Shown: piece by piece, positions 35,692 through 44,900 of the stretch | Layout: each line of letters opens with the position of its first letter | Numbering within the stretch: position 1 is the stretch's first letter | DNA from: Hyphomicrobiales bacterium | GTDB lineage: Bacteria > Pseudomonadota > Alphaproteobacteria > Rhizobiales > Aestuariivirgaceae | Assembly: GCA_031430915.1 (NCBI GenBank) | Contig: JANPCL010000110.1 | Span: forward strand, 1,204 to 65,203 | Direction of reading: 5' to 3' | DNA: 64,000 bases | The notes under the pieces: model-generated | What the model saw: the letters and a program-made list of their open reading frames with translations, nothing else | Databases searched by the model: none | Told to the model about the DNA's origin: nothing | Position numbers and translations under genes: made by a program

Positions 35692-37836
35692 GTGCGCAGA
35701 TCGTTCATGCTGGTGTTATTGCTGGTTTCAACCACACCTTTTAATTCTGCTCTCTCGGAGTCTACTATGACGATTGCAACGATCAAATATCCGCAAACAA
35801 AGCGTGTCGATGTTGTTGAAGAACATTTTGGTGATGAAGTTGTCGACTCCTATCGCTGGCTCGAAAATGATGTTCGAACCGATAAGGACGTTGCTGATTG
35901 GGTCGCGGCACAAAACAAAGTTACCAATGCACATCTCGCCACGCTGCCGGGGCGAAACATCTTTAAGGATCGCTTGAAAGCATTATACGGTTATGAACGG
36001 TTTTCCATTCCGATTGAAAAGGGCGGTCGATATTTTTACCTCCGTACCTCCGGCGTTGAGAACCAACGGGTTTTCTATGTCCGCGACAGCGTGGATGGGA
36101 ACGAGCAGATGTTGATTGATCCCAACAGTTGGGCAAAAGATGGAGCGACAGCACTTGCCGAATGGTCGGCTTCCGATGATGGCACGCATTTGGCTTATGC
36201 AGTTCAAGATGGTGGCACCGACTGGCGCACCATCCACGTGCTAGACGTCGATACGGGCAAGGTGTTGGCCGACGAAATCAAGTGGGCGCGCTTCACCACC
36301 ATCGCATGGGTCAAGGACGGTTCTGGCTTTTTCTACAATCGTTTCCCTGAACCGAAACAGGGCGCGGCGTCCCAGTCAGCCATAGGAAGTCATGCAATTT
36401 ATTTTCACGCTCTTGGCACGCCTCAAGCACAGGACCGGCTGGTCTACGCAACACCCGAAAATCCTGTCCTCCTGCATAGCTTCACCCTCACCTCAGAAGG
36501 GCGCTATCTCGCGATCATCTCCTCGCCGGGCTCATTGGCTACGGATCTCACCGTGGTGGACCTCAAGAGCGGCGACTGGAAACCGCGCAAGCTGGTCGAT
36601 AATTTCGACGCTCAATGGGCCGTCATCAACGCTGTGGGAACGAAGCTCTTCCTCCTGACCACCAAGGACGCACCTCGACTCAAACTTGTCACCATGGATA
36701 TTGCTGAGGCCAATCCAGTTGTCGTGGATGTGGTGCCGGAACAGGATGCAGTTCTGAGTGGCGCGTGGCTGGTGGGCGGACGATTGCTGCTTTCCTATAT
36801 GGTTGACGCCACGATCGAGGTACGGCGCTTTAGCATCGACGGGACGGCTGACGGTGTTGTGCCATTGCCTGGCATCGGCACTGCGGTGGGCTTTGACGGT
36901 GGCCTCGACGACAAGGAAACCTTTTTTGGCTTCACCAGTTTCAACGCGCCTGGCATTATCTATCGATACGATGTGGCCAGCAATACCGCACGCGTTTGGA
37001 GCGAGGCGAAGGTTGCGATCAATCTCACCGAAATTGCGGTCGAGCAGCTTTTCTACCCATCGAAGGATGGCACCCGGATCCCCATGTTCATCATCCGACG
37101 CAAAGATATTAGCGGTCCTGCACCGACTCTTCTTTATGCCTATGGCGGCTGGGCCATCAGCGAGCCCCCCGCCTTCTCGGCCGAGCGCTTGGCGTGGGTC
37201 GAACAGGGCGGCGTATTCGCAGTGGCGCATATTCGCGGTGGCGGCGAATATGGCATGGCTTGGCATGATGCGGGCCGCCGCCTGAACAAGCAGAACGTCT
37301 TTGATGATTTCATCGCTGCTGGCGAATATCTGAAGTCACAAGGCATCACGTCAAAAGACGGACTGGCTATTCAAGGCGCATCAAATGGTGGGTTGCTTGT
37401 TGGTGCAGTGGTCAATCAGAGGCCGGATTTGTTTGCCGCCGCACTGGCCCAAGTCGGTGTAATGGACATGCTCCGCTTTGATAAATTTACTGCCGGAAAA
37501 TTGTGGGTCGACGAATACGGCTCACCTGCAAGGGAAGCGGATTTCCGTAACCTCTTGAAATATTCGCCGTATCACAACGTCCAATCTGGTAAGCCCTATC
37601 CCGCAATCCTCGCCACAACGGCGGACACAGATGATCGCGTAGTGCCGGGCCACAGTTTCAAATATGTGGCCGCTCTCCAAGCCGCGAATATTGGCCCCAA
37701 ACCGCATATCATCCGCATCGAGACGCGCGCCGGCCACGGTGCGGGCAAACCCACGGACAAGATCATCGAGGAGACAGCCGATATGTGGACCTTTGCAGCA
37801 TACTGGACAGGGCTACTCGTGAAGCCGATCAACTGA
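35692..37836 (+). CDS. Prolyl oligopeptidase (S9A family serine peptidase), exported
   Basis: 714 aa. A YRWLEND N-terminal block and beta-propeller are followed by a catalytic domain with GASNGGLL (Ser), DDRV (Asp) and GHG (His). Confidence 0.9.
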   Translation: MRRSFMLVLLLVSTTPFNSALSESTMTIATIKYPQTKRVDVVEEHFGDEVVDSYRWLENDVRTDKDVADWVAAQNKVTNAHLATLPGRNIFKDRLKALYGYERFSIPIEKGGRYFYLRTSGVENQRVFYVRDSVDGNEQMLIDPNSWAKDGATALAEWSASDDGTHLAYAVQDGGTDWRTIHVLDVDTGKVLADEIKWARFTTIAWVKDGSGFFYNRFPEPKQGAASQSAIGSHAIYFHALGTPQAQDRLVYATPENPVLLHSFTLTSEGRYLAIISSPGSLATDLTVVDLKSGDWKPRKLVDNFDAQWAVINAVGTKLFLLTTKDAPRLKLVTMDIAEANPVVVDVVPEQDAVLSGAWLVGGRLLLSYMVDATIEVRRFSIDGTADGVVPLPGIGTAVGFDGGLDDKETFFGFTSFNAPGIIYRYDVASNTARVWSEAKVAINLTEIAVEQLFYPSKDGTRIPMFIIRRKDISGPAPTLLYAYGGWAISEPPAFSAERLAWVEQGGVFAVAHIRGGGEYGMAWHDAGRRLNKQNVFDDFIAAGEYLKSQGITSKDGLAIQGASNGGLLVGAVVNQRPDLFAAALAQVGVMDMLRFDKFTAGKLWVDEYGSPAREADFRNLLKYSPYHNVQSGKPYPAILATTADTDDRVVPGHSFKYVAALQAANIGPKPHIIRIETRAGHGAGKPTDKIIEETADMWTFAAYWTGLLVKPIN

Positions 37837-37876
37837 TGACCCTCGTGGAAAACAACAGTCTGAGCTAAACTCTGCT

Positions 37877-38122
37877 TTAGTCGGCGCTTTGAACACTGGT
37901 GTTTGGTCTGTCGTGTCCGTCCGACAACTCCTCGTGCCAATTCCCTGCCACGTCTTCAAATGCGATGCCTAATGTTTTTCCAGCTAGTGTGTGCTCGCTC
38001 GCAGCGCGGCGTGCAGCTTCTCGCGCCACATCACGGGTCGCAAAAGTTTCTGAAAAGGTTTCACCAACCTGGTAAGCCCAACCTTCAGCATGTTTGACAA
38101 TTTTATAGACAACGTGGGTCAT
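37877..38122 (-). CDS. DUF2188-like small protein
   Basis: 81 aa. The VKHAEGWAYQV...FATRDVAREAARRAA pattern supports the call. Family assigned from memory. Confidence 0.55.
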   Translation of the reverse strand: MTHVVYKIVKHAEGWAYQVGETFSETFATRDVAREAARRAASEHTLAGKTLGIAFEDVAGNWHEELSDGHDRPNTSVQSAD

Positions 38123-38134
38123 TCGAAAGGCTGC

Positions 38135-38209
38135 TCAACGCAGTCCGAAAAAAGCGGCTACAGCCATGACGACGACGACCAAGCCCACAATATAGATAAT
38201 CGAGTTCAT
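38135..38209 (-). CDS. 24-aa hydrophobic peptide (MNSIIYIVGLVVVVMAVAAFFGLR)
   Basis: Absent from the ORF track because it is under 60 aa. It has a GGAGA RBS 7 nt upstream and one TM-length hydrophobic core. A terminator and an EcfG-like promoter lie upstream. Confidence 0.4.
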   Translation of the reverse strand: MNSIIYIVGLVVVVMAVAAFFGLR

Positions 38210-38251
38210 TGAAATTCTCCAAGGTTAGGTTGATGCTGACTTGCTGCGTCA

Positions 38252-38276
38252 AAAGCAATTGAAGCCAGATCGTTCC
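38252..38276 (-). promoter_or_regulatory. EcfG-like promoter, near match (GGAAC-N16-CTTT)
   Basis: Sense strand GGAAC-gatctggcttcaattg-CTTT, ending 42 nt before ATG 38209. Confidence 0.35.
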
Positions 38277-38294
38277 GAGCTTCAAGGCACTCCG

Positions 38295-38329
38295 GAATAA
38301 AAAGCACCACGGCACAATTGCGCCATGGT
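38295..38329 (-). terminator. Rho-independent terminator after the DUF892 gene
   Basis: A 9-bp stem (38304-38312/38321-38329, one G-U in the minus sense) is followed on the minus strand by CTTTTTATT. Confidence 0.6.
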
Positions 38330-38348
38330 GTGGTTTTGAGCATCAAAA

Positions 38349-38849
38349 CTAGGCCGCTTCAGCTTGAACATTGATCTTGGACTCGGCTAGTTCGGTCAAT
38401 GCCGCATCCGTCTTTTTTTCTTCATGCAGAGATGCATCGAGAAGTATCATAGCATCATCAAGCCCAAGCTCACGAGCCCAACACTTCAGAGTGCCATAAC
38501 GCGCGATCTCATAGTGCTCAACGGCTTGCGCAACAGCAATGAGTGCTGAATCAAGGGATGATGTGCCTTCATAATCTGCAATCAAGCCTTCGCCCTCTTT
38601 GATAATTCCCATGATCGCCTCACAGGTTTTGGCTTGCGGCTTTGCATCGATCAAGGCGAAAACCTCTTCAAGTCGTTTGACATGGCCTTCAGATTCCACT
38701 TTGTGTTTTTCAAAGGCCTTTTTCAATTCGGGAGAGGTCGCGGCCTTTGCCATTACAGGCAGAGTTGCGACAATCTTCTTTTCAGCGAAATAGATATCTT
38801 TCAAGGTGTCGTGAAACAAATCATCAAGATTTTTCTGGGCTTTAGCCAT
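38349..38849 (-). CDS. Ferritin-like DUF892 (YciE/YciF) stress protein
   Basis: 166 aa with the LKDIYFAEKKIV..LP.MAKAA...L..AFE.H..E..GHV.RLEEVF signature. Confidence 0.85.
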   Translation of the reverse strand: MAKAQKNLDDLFHDTLKDIYFAEKKIVATLPVMAKAATSPELKKAFEKHKVESEGHVKRLEEVFALIDAKPQAKTCEAIMGIIKEGEGLIADYEGTSSLDSALIAVAQAVEHYEIARYGTLKCWARELGLDDAMILLDASLHEEKKTDAALTELAESKINVQAEAA

Positions 38850-38887
38850 GGTCTTTCTCCTTGTTTAATTTGAATTTTGATGACGCG

Positions 38888-39472
38888 TTACATCGTCCGG
38901 TGGTCGTGTTCGACGGGATTTTTTACAAATCCATATGCGCCACCATTCGGATCAAATTTATTCCAGCCGTCATTGCGATAGGCGACACCCTGTTCCACCG
39001 GATCAAGTGGCGAGAATCTGTCCAAAATGGAATGAACTTTAACACGATTGTGGTCTTGGGTTTGAACCGACACCAGAGTGCCGCCCCGACGTACCGCTTC
39101 TGAATAGATGTTAGCGTGATCTTCTGGAACGCCTGCATCGATGAGTGAACCCACGATGCCACCTGTTGCGCCACCGGCTACAACACCCAACGCCGTCGTC
39201 GCGAGCCACCCTGCGGCAACAACTGGCCCCAAGCCCGGAATCGCCATAAGACCGAGGCCTGTCAATAAACCGGCGGCACCGCCTACAACCGCACCCAGAC
39301 CAGCACCCGGGCCAACTTCTGTGTCCCGTGAATTATCATCATCATAGTCGCGTGTGACCTCTTGATTTGCCAACACACTGATATCTGCCATTGGCACTCC
39401 GACTGTTTCCAATTCAGAAACAGCTTTGCGCGCATTGTTGTACGTGTCATAAACTCTGGTGATTGGTTGCAT
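38888..39472 (-). CDS. Stress-type protein with a central glycine-zipper membrane segment
   Basis: The start is placed at MQPITRVYDTY (AAGGA RBS). The central segment is a Gly/Ala-rich zipper (GAGLGAVVGGAAGLLTGLGLMAIPGLGPVVAAGW..GGATGGIVG). Confidence 0.6.
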   Translation of the reverse strand: MQPITRVYDTYNNARKAVSELETVGVPMADISVLANQEVTRDYDDDNSRDTEVGPGAGLGAVVGGAAGLLTGLGLMAIPGLGPVVAAGWLATTALGVVAGGATGGIVGSLIDAGVPEDHANIYSEAVRRGGTLVSVQTQDHNRVKVHSILDRFSPLDPVEQGVAYRNDGWNKFDPNGGAYGFVKNPVEHDHRTM

Positions 39473-39506
39473 CTGATTTAGTCCTTTGATGTTATGAAAT
39501 TGGATT

Positions 39507-39956
39507 TTACTGCGCGACAACATTGCCTTTGTAGTCAACAGCAACAGTTGTGCTTTTGCCGTTCTTCATCGTGTTGCCTCGCCAAATTCCTTGATCATCT
39601 TTGGTCATGCTCGCCGGCATTCCCAAGCCGTTTGCAACCACACGATCTTTCGCTTGGGATTCGGTGAAGCTGTTAGCTCCGGGAAGCGGCGCACCAGCTT
39701 CGACAGCGGCGAGTTTAAAAAGGTCGGTTTTGCAACTTTCCTGAAACAATGCTTCAGTCAACTTCCCATCAGTGCCGATGGTTTGGTTGGCAATGCGCAT
39801 CATCGCGAGGTAACGGTCCCCTTCGGTTCCGCTTAACGTGCCGTCACCGTTGACGTCGGCGATATTCCATAGGGAAGAACAATCCGCTTCGCTCATTGCG
39901 AGAACCGGACCTGTGAAAATGAGGCAAGCTGTTGCTGCCAGAAAGATCGATTTCAT
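39507..39956 (-). CDS. Secreted EF-hand-containing protein
   Basis: It has a signal peptide (..GPVLAMSEA) and a canonical EF-hand loop (DVNGDGTLSGTE). It is the first gene behind a perfect EcfG-type promoter. Confidence 0.6.
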   Translation of the reverse strand: MKSIFLAATACLIFTGPVLAMSEADCSSLWNIADVNGDGTLSGTEGDRYLAMMRIANQTIGTDGKLTEALFQESCKTDLFKLAAVEAGAPLPGANSFTESQAKDRVVANGLGMPASMTKDDQGIWRGNTMKNGKSTTVAVDYKGNVVAQ

Positions 39957-40012
39957 GTTGAACCTCGTCTTAAATTTGAACTGTCAGGAAAGGAATTGCG
40001 TGTGCTTTGTTT

Positions 40013-40037
40013 AACGTCAAAATCGTCTCAGGGTTCC
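40013..40037 (-). promoter_or_regulatory. EcfG-type general-stress promoter (perfect GGAAC-N16-CGTT)
   Basis: Sense strand GGAAC-cctgagacgattttga-CGTT, ending 56 nt before ATG 39956. Confidence 0.6.
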
Positions 40038-40060
40038 GGCGTTTTCGAAGTGGTGCAAAT

Positions 40061-40882
40061 TTATTTAAGCAAGAACGTCAACAGGTCTTTCGTAAAGCGT
40101 TCCTTATGTGTGGCAAACAGACCATGGGGCGCATCATCGTACTCGATCAATTGAGATTGTTTGATGCCAGCCGCCGCAGCACGGGCCGATGCATCGATTG
40201 GCACAGTTCTATCTGCGGTCCCATGAATGATAAGCGTTGGCACATTGAATGCCTTGAGGTCAGGTCGAAAGTCGGTTTGCGAAAACGCTCCGGCGCAATC
40301 CAAAGTTGGCTTCAGTCCTGCCATCATTGAAACGTTGCGTGACCATTCCAGTACTTCGGTGCTGACGGACTTTTCAAATAGCCCAACGCCATAGAAATCC
40401 TTGAAAAATGTAGCAAAGAAATGCGCGCGGTCAGCTTTCATACCGTTCGCCATTTCATCAAAAACAGATTGTGGTGTGCCGTGCGGATTGTCTGCGGTTT
40501 TCAACATGAATGGCACAACTGATGCAACCAGCACCGCCTGCTTCACACCTTTGCCTTTGTGCCGTGACATGTAACGGGCCACTTCACCGCCGCCCATCGA
40601 GAAGCCCACAATTGTGGTGTCCTTTGCGTCGCAGACTTTTATCACATCGGCCAAATCATCGCTTAACGTGTCATAGTCATAACCCGTCCACGGCTGGTCC
40701 GATCTGCCAAAACCTCTTCGGTCGTAAGCAATGGCGCACATGCCTGCATCGGCAATGGCCATGGCTTGATCGTCCCAACTGTCAGCAGTTAAAGGCCAAC
40801 CACTCATCAAAATAACCGGGCGTCCGCTGCCCCACATCTTCGCATAAATCTCAGTACGATCTCGGGTTTTGATTCTTGGCAT
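40061..40882 (-). CDS. Alpha/beta hydrolase, non-haem chloroperoxidase/arylesterase subfamily
   Basis: 273 aa with GWPLTADSWDDQ, YDRRGFGRSDQP, GFSMGGGEV and IHGTADRTVP blocks. Confidence 0.85.
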   Translation of the reverse strand: MPRIKTRDRTEIYAKMWGSGRPVILMSGWPLTADSWDDQAMAIADAGMCAIAYDRRGFGRSDQPWTGYDYDTLSDDLADVIKVCDAKDTTIVGFSMGGGEVARYMSRHKGKGVKQAVLVASVVPFMLKTADNPHGTPQSVFDEMANGMKADRAHFFATFFKDFYGVGLFEKSVSTEVLEWSRNVSMMAGLKPTLDCAGAFSQTDFRPDLKAFNVPTLIIHGTADRTVPIDASARAAAAGIKQSQLIEYDDAPHGLFATHKERFTKDLLTFLLK

Positions 40883-40953
40883 TGGGTCAGTCCTTTTATC
40901 AATCAGCGCTGAAACAGGCGACCAGATAGAGCCATCAGGAGCCGCGCTGAACT

Positions 40954-40978
40954 AACAAAATTGCGCACCGAAGGTTCC
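40954..40978 (-). promoter_or_regulatory. EcfG-like promoter, near match (GGAAC-N16-TGTT)
   Basis: Sense strand GGAAC-cttcggtgcgcaattt-TGTT, ending 71 nt before ATG 40882. Confidence 0.25.
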
Positions 40979-41008
40979 ATCACGACCTGATTTCTGGTCG
41001 CCGTAACT

Positions 41009-41033
41009 GGAACATTTTCTATTCTGAACCGTT
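41009..41033 (+). promoter_or_regulatory. EcfG-type general-stress promoter (perfect GGAAC-N16-CGTT)
   Basis: GGAAC-attttctattctgaac-CGTT, ending 35 nt before ATG 41069. Confidence 0.6.
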
Positions 41034-41068
41034 TTATTGGAAGTCTTAGAAACCAGGAGTAAAACACA

Positions 41069-41500
41069 ATGAAAACCTTCCAAAATGCAGTGCTACTGTC
41101 AGGCATCACCGCAACCCTCATGTTTGCAGCACCACTTGCTCATGCTGAGATGATGAAATTCACGACGGTTCTGAATAGTGCTTCAGAGGTGCCGCCAACC
41201 GACACCGCTGCTACCGGAAGTGCTGACGTGTCAGTTGATACCGAGGCCAAGAAGATAACTTGGGCTGTGAAAGTTGACGGTCTGACTGGCGAAGCAACTG
41301 CTGCTCATATTCATGGACCAGCAAGTGCAACAGAAAAAGCACCTCCTGTCATTGACATGTCTGCGGCCATGATGGCAGGCAGCGGTGACATTACGGACGC
41401 CCAAATTGCAGATTTGAAAGCCGGGAAATACTACTTGAATGTTCATACCGCCAAATTCCCTGACGGCGAAATTCGTGGCCAACTCGCTGTAGCGCCATAA
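41069..41500 (+). CDS. Secreted CHRD-domain protein
   Basis: 143 aa with a signal peptide. It shows the LNSASEVPP...ATGSA....AAHIHGPA....GEIRGQL pattern of CHRD domains. Confidence 0.75.
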   Translation: MKTFQNAVLLSGITATLMFAAPLAHAEMMKFTTVLNSASEVPPTDTAATGSADVSVDTEAKKITWAVKVDGLTGEATAAHIHGPASATEKAPPVIDMSAAMMAGSGDITDAQIADLKAGKYYLNVHTAKFPDGEIRGQLAVAP

Positions 41501-41517
41501 GCTCTGCTAAGTGTTGA

Positions 41518-41552
41518 ATAACGTGCGTCTGATGATTTCAGACGCACGTTAT
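41518..41552. terminator. Bidirectional stem-loop between convergent genes
   Basis: A perfect 15-bp inverted repeat (ATAACGTGCGTCTGA-tgatt-TCAGACGCACGTTAT) lies between the CHRD gene (+) and the receiver gene (-). Confidence 0.7.
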
Positions 41553-41580
41553 TAATGTTACATAACTAGTGTCGCTCAGA

Positions 41581-41961
41581 TCAATCGGCGTGAACCGCGG
41601 CAACGGCATGGATTGCTTTCTCAAGTTCACGGATGCCGTAAGGTTTTGCCAGCACGTATTCGTTGCGGTAATTTTCGGTCAGGCCATGGGAACCATAGCC
41701 CGTTGCAAACATAAATAAAGCGCTTCGCTTGCGCAAGACATCGGCAACCGGGAAAGACAAAGCGCCCGATAGATTGAGGTCAAGGATGGCAAGATCGATG
41801 TCGCTGTTTGCTGCCAGAGTGAGCGCCTGTGGAATGCGAGCTGCGACTGCCACCACCTCATGGCCTAGCTCCAGTAACATATCTTCCAGATTCATCGCGA
41901 GAAGCATTTCATCTTCTACAATAAGAATGCGCCTGGCTCTAGTCTTGAAAATTGACATCAA
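41581..41961 (-). CDS. Single-domain response regulator (CheY-like receiver)
   Basis: 126 aa with ILIVEDE, a phospho-acceptor context (DLAILDLNL) and a conserved Lys region (VLAKPY). It overlaps the upstream kinase by 23 nt. Confidence 0.85.
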   Translation of the reverse strand: MMSIFKTRARRILIVEDEMLLAMNLEDMLLELGHEVVAVAARIPQALTLAANSDIDLAILDLNLSGALSFPVADVLRKRSALFMFATGYGSHGLTENYRNEYVLAKPYGIRELEKAIHAVAAVHAD

Positions 41962-44900
41962 TGATTTCGTCTTTCAGATGCCCTGGCGGCAGGGGGGCAT
42001 TTATCGTACAAATGACGCCAGTCGGTTCATAGGAAACACTTACTTCACCCGTAAGTTCCATAGCCAAGGCTTTCTGAATAAGGCGTGAACCAAAACCTTT
42101 TCGCGTTGGCGTCACCACATTTGGCCCGCCACTTTCAGTCCAGGTCAATTGCAGTCTGGCATTGCTGATATCGCCATGGATGTGCCAGGCAACATTCACA
42201 AATCCTTCCTGTACTGACAATGCGCCATATTTTGCGGCATTGGTGCACAGCTCATGCAGCGCCAAACTAAAGGTAACAGCCAAAGCGGGTTGCAGCGGCA
42301 CATAAGCCCCTTCCACGCTAAAGCGGTTTTGTCCGCCATTATGCGGTTCAATGGTCGCTTTGACAACGCTGGCCAGATCAGTTCCTGACCAATTGCCGTG
42401 CATCAGCAAGTCATGGGCACGTGACAGTGCCATAAGCCGTGCTGAAAAGGCTTCATTGGCGGTTTTGACAGACACCGCACCCGTCAGGGTTTGCGAGGCT
42501 ATGGCACTGACGATGGCCAAGGTATTCTTGACCCGATGATTGAGTTCACCCACGAGTATTTCGCGATGGGCTTCTGAGCGGCGACGTTGCGTGATATCAC
42601 GCGCAATAATCGAAGCGCCTTCGATCTTACCGTTTGCTGCGATCAATGGCGAAATCGTGGCCGATACCCACACAGTGCTTCCATCCTTTCGCTGCCGTTC
42701 TGCTTCGATGTGCACATTCTCCCCGCCCCGCTCAAATTGATCAAAAATTTGAGATTTCACCGAGTTCTGTCCCGGATTCAGCAACACTGAGGATTGCTTG
42801 TAAAGAATTTCTTCCGCAGTATAACCAAACATGCGCTCAGCACCTGCATTCCAGCTGGTGAAGTTGCCTTCAGCGTCCATGCTCGCGATCATGTCATCTG
42901 ACGACCCGACGAGGGCCGTCAGCTTCAAGCCAACTTCTGCCGCCAGTTTCTTTTCAGTGATATCCTGAAAGATGATGGCCAGACGATTTTTCTTTTCGCT
43001 ATTTAATGGAAACTCATAAAGCTCCAGAAACTTGTTCCTGCTGTCAAGGCTATGTTGATGACGGATCGGTTGTCCGCTTGTAAGGACCTGATCATGAATG
43101 CTGTACCAGTCTTCTGGCTCCAGAGGGGACGTTTCCCGGATGGTTTTGCCTTTCACGCCGCCATGACCCGCATGCCTTTCGAAGGCGGGATTCACGTCGA
43201 TGTAGCGAAAGTCAATCGGCGTCGTTGCAGTCGCTTCAATTTTTTCCAGAACGCAGAAGCCTTCATCAATTGAATTGAACAGCTCCCGGTATTGCGTTTC
43301 GCTCTGGCGCAAAGCATATTCGGCGTTCTTACGATCTGTGATGTCTTCGATGGCAATCAAAATGAGACTGGGGCGGCCGTTGCCTCTGACCAGTTTACGG
43401 CCGTTGACCAGCATGCATAGGTGACCCACCGAATCAAACTGGTGTTCAATTTCAATATCATTGAAGTGCTGATTCTCTCTGATGACCAAGTCCAGCAGCT
43501 CCTGGAGCTTGGGAAAATTCCAATCACCTTTTGCCAGATCAAAAACCAACTGGCCGATGGAATCTCTCTCCGTCATCTCAAACATGGTTTGGAACGACGT
43601 ATTGGTTGAAACCACATGCAGGCTTTCATCCAACACCAACAACGGCTGCCGGATTGTCTCAACGATAGCTTGCGCATAAATGCGGGCTTCGTCGCTGGCG
43701 TCAGTGGCACCCTTGTGGGCCGTCACATCAATGAAAGTGATCACCACGCCCGCGATATGATTGTCCAGGGTGCGATAAGGCAACATGCGCCGCAGAAACC
43801 AACGGCCATCGGCAGCTTTGACCTCGGCCTCCACCACAATCAGCGTGCGCAATACTTTTTCAGCATCTGGCAACAGTTTCTCATCATCAAATTTGCGGGC
43901 AAAATGACTTATCGGCCGACCAACATCAGACACAATGAAGTCAAACAGTTCACGCGTGCCCGGTGAGAACCATTTGACGCAAAGTTTTGCATCCACAAAC
44001 AACGTGGCAGTTTCGGTTCCAGCCAACAGGTTGTTCAAATCATTGGCACTGTCTTCCAGCTCGCGCACTTTGTGCTGAAGTTGGCTGTTGACGGTGTGAA
44101 GCTCTTCATTGAACGACTGCATTTCCTCCTTTGAGGTTTCGAGTTCCTCATTGGTGGATTGCAGCTCCTCGTTCATCGAGGTGGCTTCTTCGTTGGATGC
44201 TTTCAGCTCTTCGTTGGTTGTTTCCAGATGTTCAATGGTGTTTTGCAGTTCATTGCGGAGTGCCTTCAACTCGTCCTGCAATGTGGTGTCAGACACCAGA
44301 TTATTTGAGGCCACTTTGTTTGCCCCGGAACTATCCACCACTTCCGGCGCAAAGCTGATCAGAATATGGCCATGCCCAGTGCTGCCTGCGGCCAGCGGCG
44401 AGACGGTGACCTGAACCGGGGAAAGCGTGGTTCCGTGTTTGATATTCACGCTGACTTGAATGTTCCGGTTTTCAGCAACCGCAGTGCGCACCGTTGCACG
44501 CAATTTGCCGGTCAGTCCGTCGCGCGTCATCAGGAACAGATCTTTGGACGGTTCCCCCGTGGGTTGCTCCAGATAATGACCAGTCGATCCGTGAAAATAC
44601 ACCACGCGACAATTGCGGTCGATCAGCACTGCGGCAGGTGCGAAATGTTCGAGCAATGCGCGGCGCGCAATCTCGCCTGCCGGGGCCGGCAGACCAGTTG
44701 TCAATTGAGGTGCCGGTCCCTCATTGGTCTTTGAAAGATGCGCTATGCCGCGCAACACCGGAAAATTGATGATTTCAAGCCGTGCGGGCCCGGCCCTCCG
44801 GAACATGCGCCATTTTTTGGAAATAATCTCGAACATGGCTTCATGGCGGCCAAGCGTTTCAGTGTTGCCAAGCAGCAGGGTCCCACCTTCTTCAAGTGAA